A DNA stretch of 55,356 nt from a virus. Lineage: Duplodnaviria; Caudoviricetes. Of the stretch, positions 55,099-55,356 are shown one piece after another (within the stretch, counting starts at the first letter, position 1; every line of letters begins with the position of its first letter). Both the position numbers and the translations under genes were made by a program. The DNA lies in IMG/VR virus record IMGVR_UViG_3300047652_000066, positions 1 through 55,356 of that record; one strand, given 5' to 3'. The notes under the pieces were generated by a model. The model was not told the DNA's origin. It ran no database searches and saw nothing but the letters and a program-made list of their open reading frames with translations.

Positions 55099-55356
55099 AT
55101 GCCAACATCAGTTACCGGCGTGATCCCAACAGCCGAAGAATTCAATGATCTCGTGACTCAAGAAGAATTAACAGCCGCTATTGATAATCTATCAAGTGAA
55201 CTTTCAGCGTCTAGCGGTGGTACGCTCATTGGCACCACTGCTGGTACCGTGGAAGAGCGGTTTGTGGAGAATGAAGAAAGAACAGTGCATATTTTGGCAC
55301 CTAGTGCCACCGACCCTACAACAGCAAGCGAGGGCGATCAGTATTTCAACACGACT
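55099..55356 (+). CDS. Partial ORF, probable second tailspike/fiber
   Basis: GGAGGT RBS; MPTSVTG...L...GGTLIG...GTVEE...GDQYFNT; open to the window end. Confidence 0.6.
   Translation, partial: MPTSVTGVIPTAEEFNDLVTQEELTAAIDNLSSELSASSGGTLIGTTAGTVEERFVENEERTVHILAPSATDPTTASEGDQYFNTT

Larger units (their letters stand above)
265..55356. mobile_element. Lambdoid prophage (HK97-like head, non-contractile tail); right end outside the window
   Basis: Canonical module order int-xis-early-cI/cro-replication-Q-lysis-head-tail; left boundary approximate because attR is not visible. Confidence 0.95.

Overview
Nearly all of a lambdoid (HK97-head, siphovirus-tail) prophage in an Enterobacterales chromosome, inserted just upstream of host yfhL. 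The right end and attR lie beyond the window. Gene order: integrase/xis, early-left accessory operon, a ~2 kb RNA-rich pL leader, a two-gene moron, cI/cro/YmfL, replication (O-like protein with iterons, DnaC-like loader), a DNA-modification block (ParB-like, three methyltransferases, PAPS-reductase-like; a fourth MTase lies after Q), RusA, Q, lysis, morons, two glycosyltransferase genes coupled to HNH/terminase, a fused protease-capsid gene upstream of portal, tail genes, an SGNH tailspike and the start of a second spike. Best novelty candidates: (1) a ~510-nt, multiply pseudoknotted, apparently non-coding RNA with a tRNA-like T-arm (7967-8475), next to a C4-like antisense RNA; (2) a three-GT-domain module in the head operon (possible virion glycosylation); (3) a RegB/RelE-like RNase plus partner; (4) anti-CBASS hints (an Acb2-like remnant, a stand-alone CapW-like wHTH). 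All family calls are by eye from motifs; no searches or folding were run.
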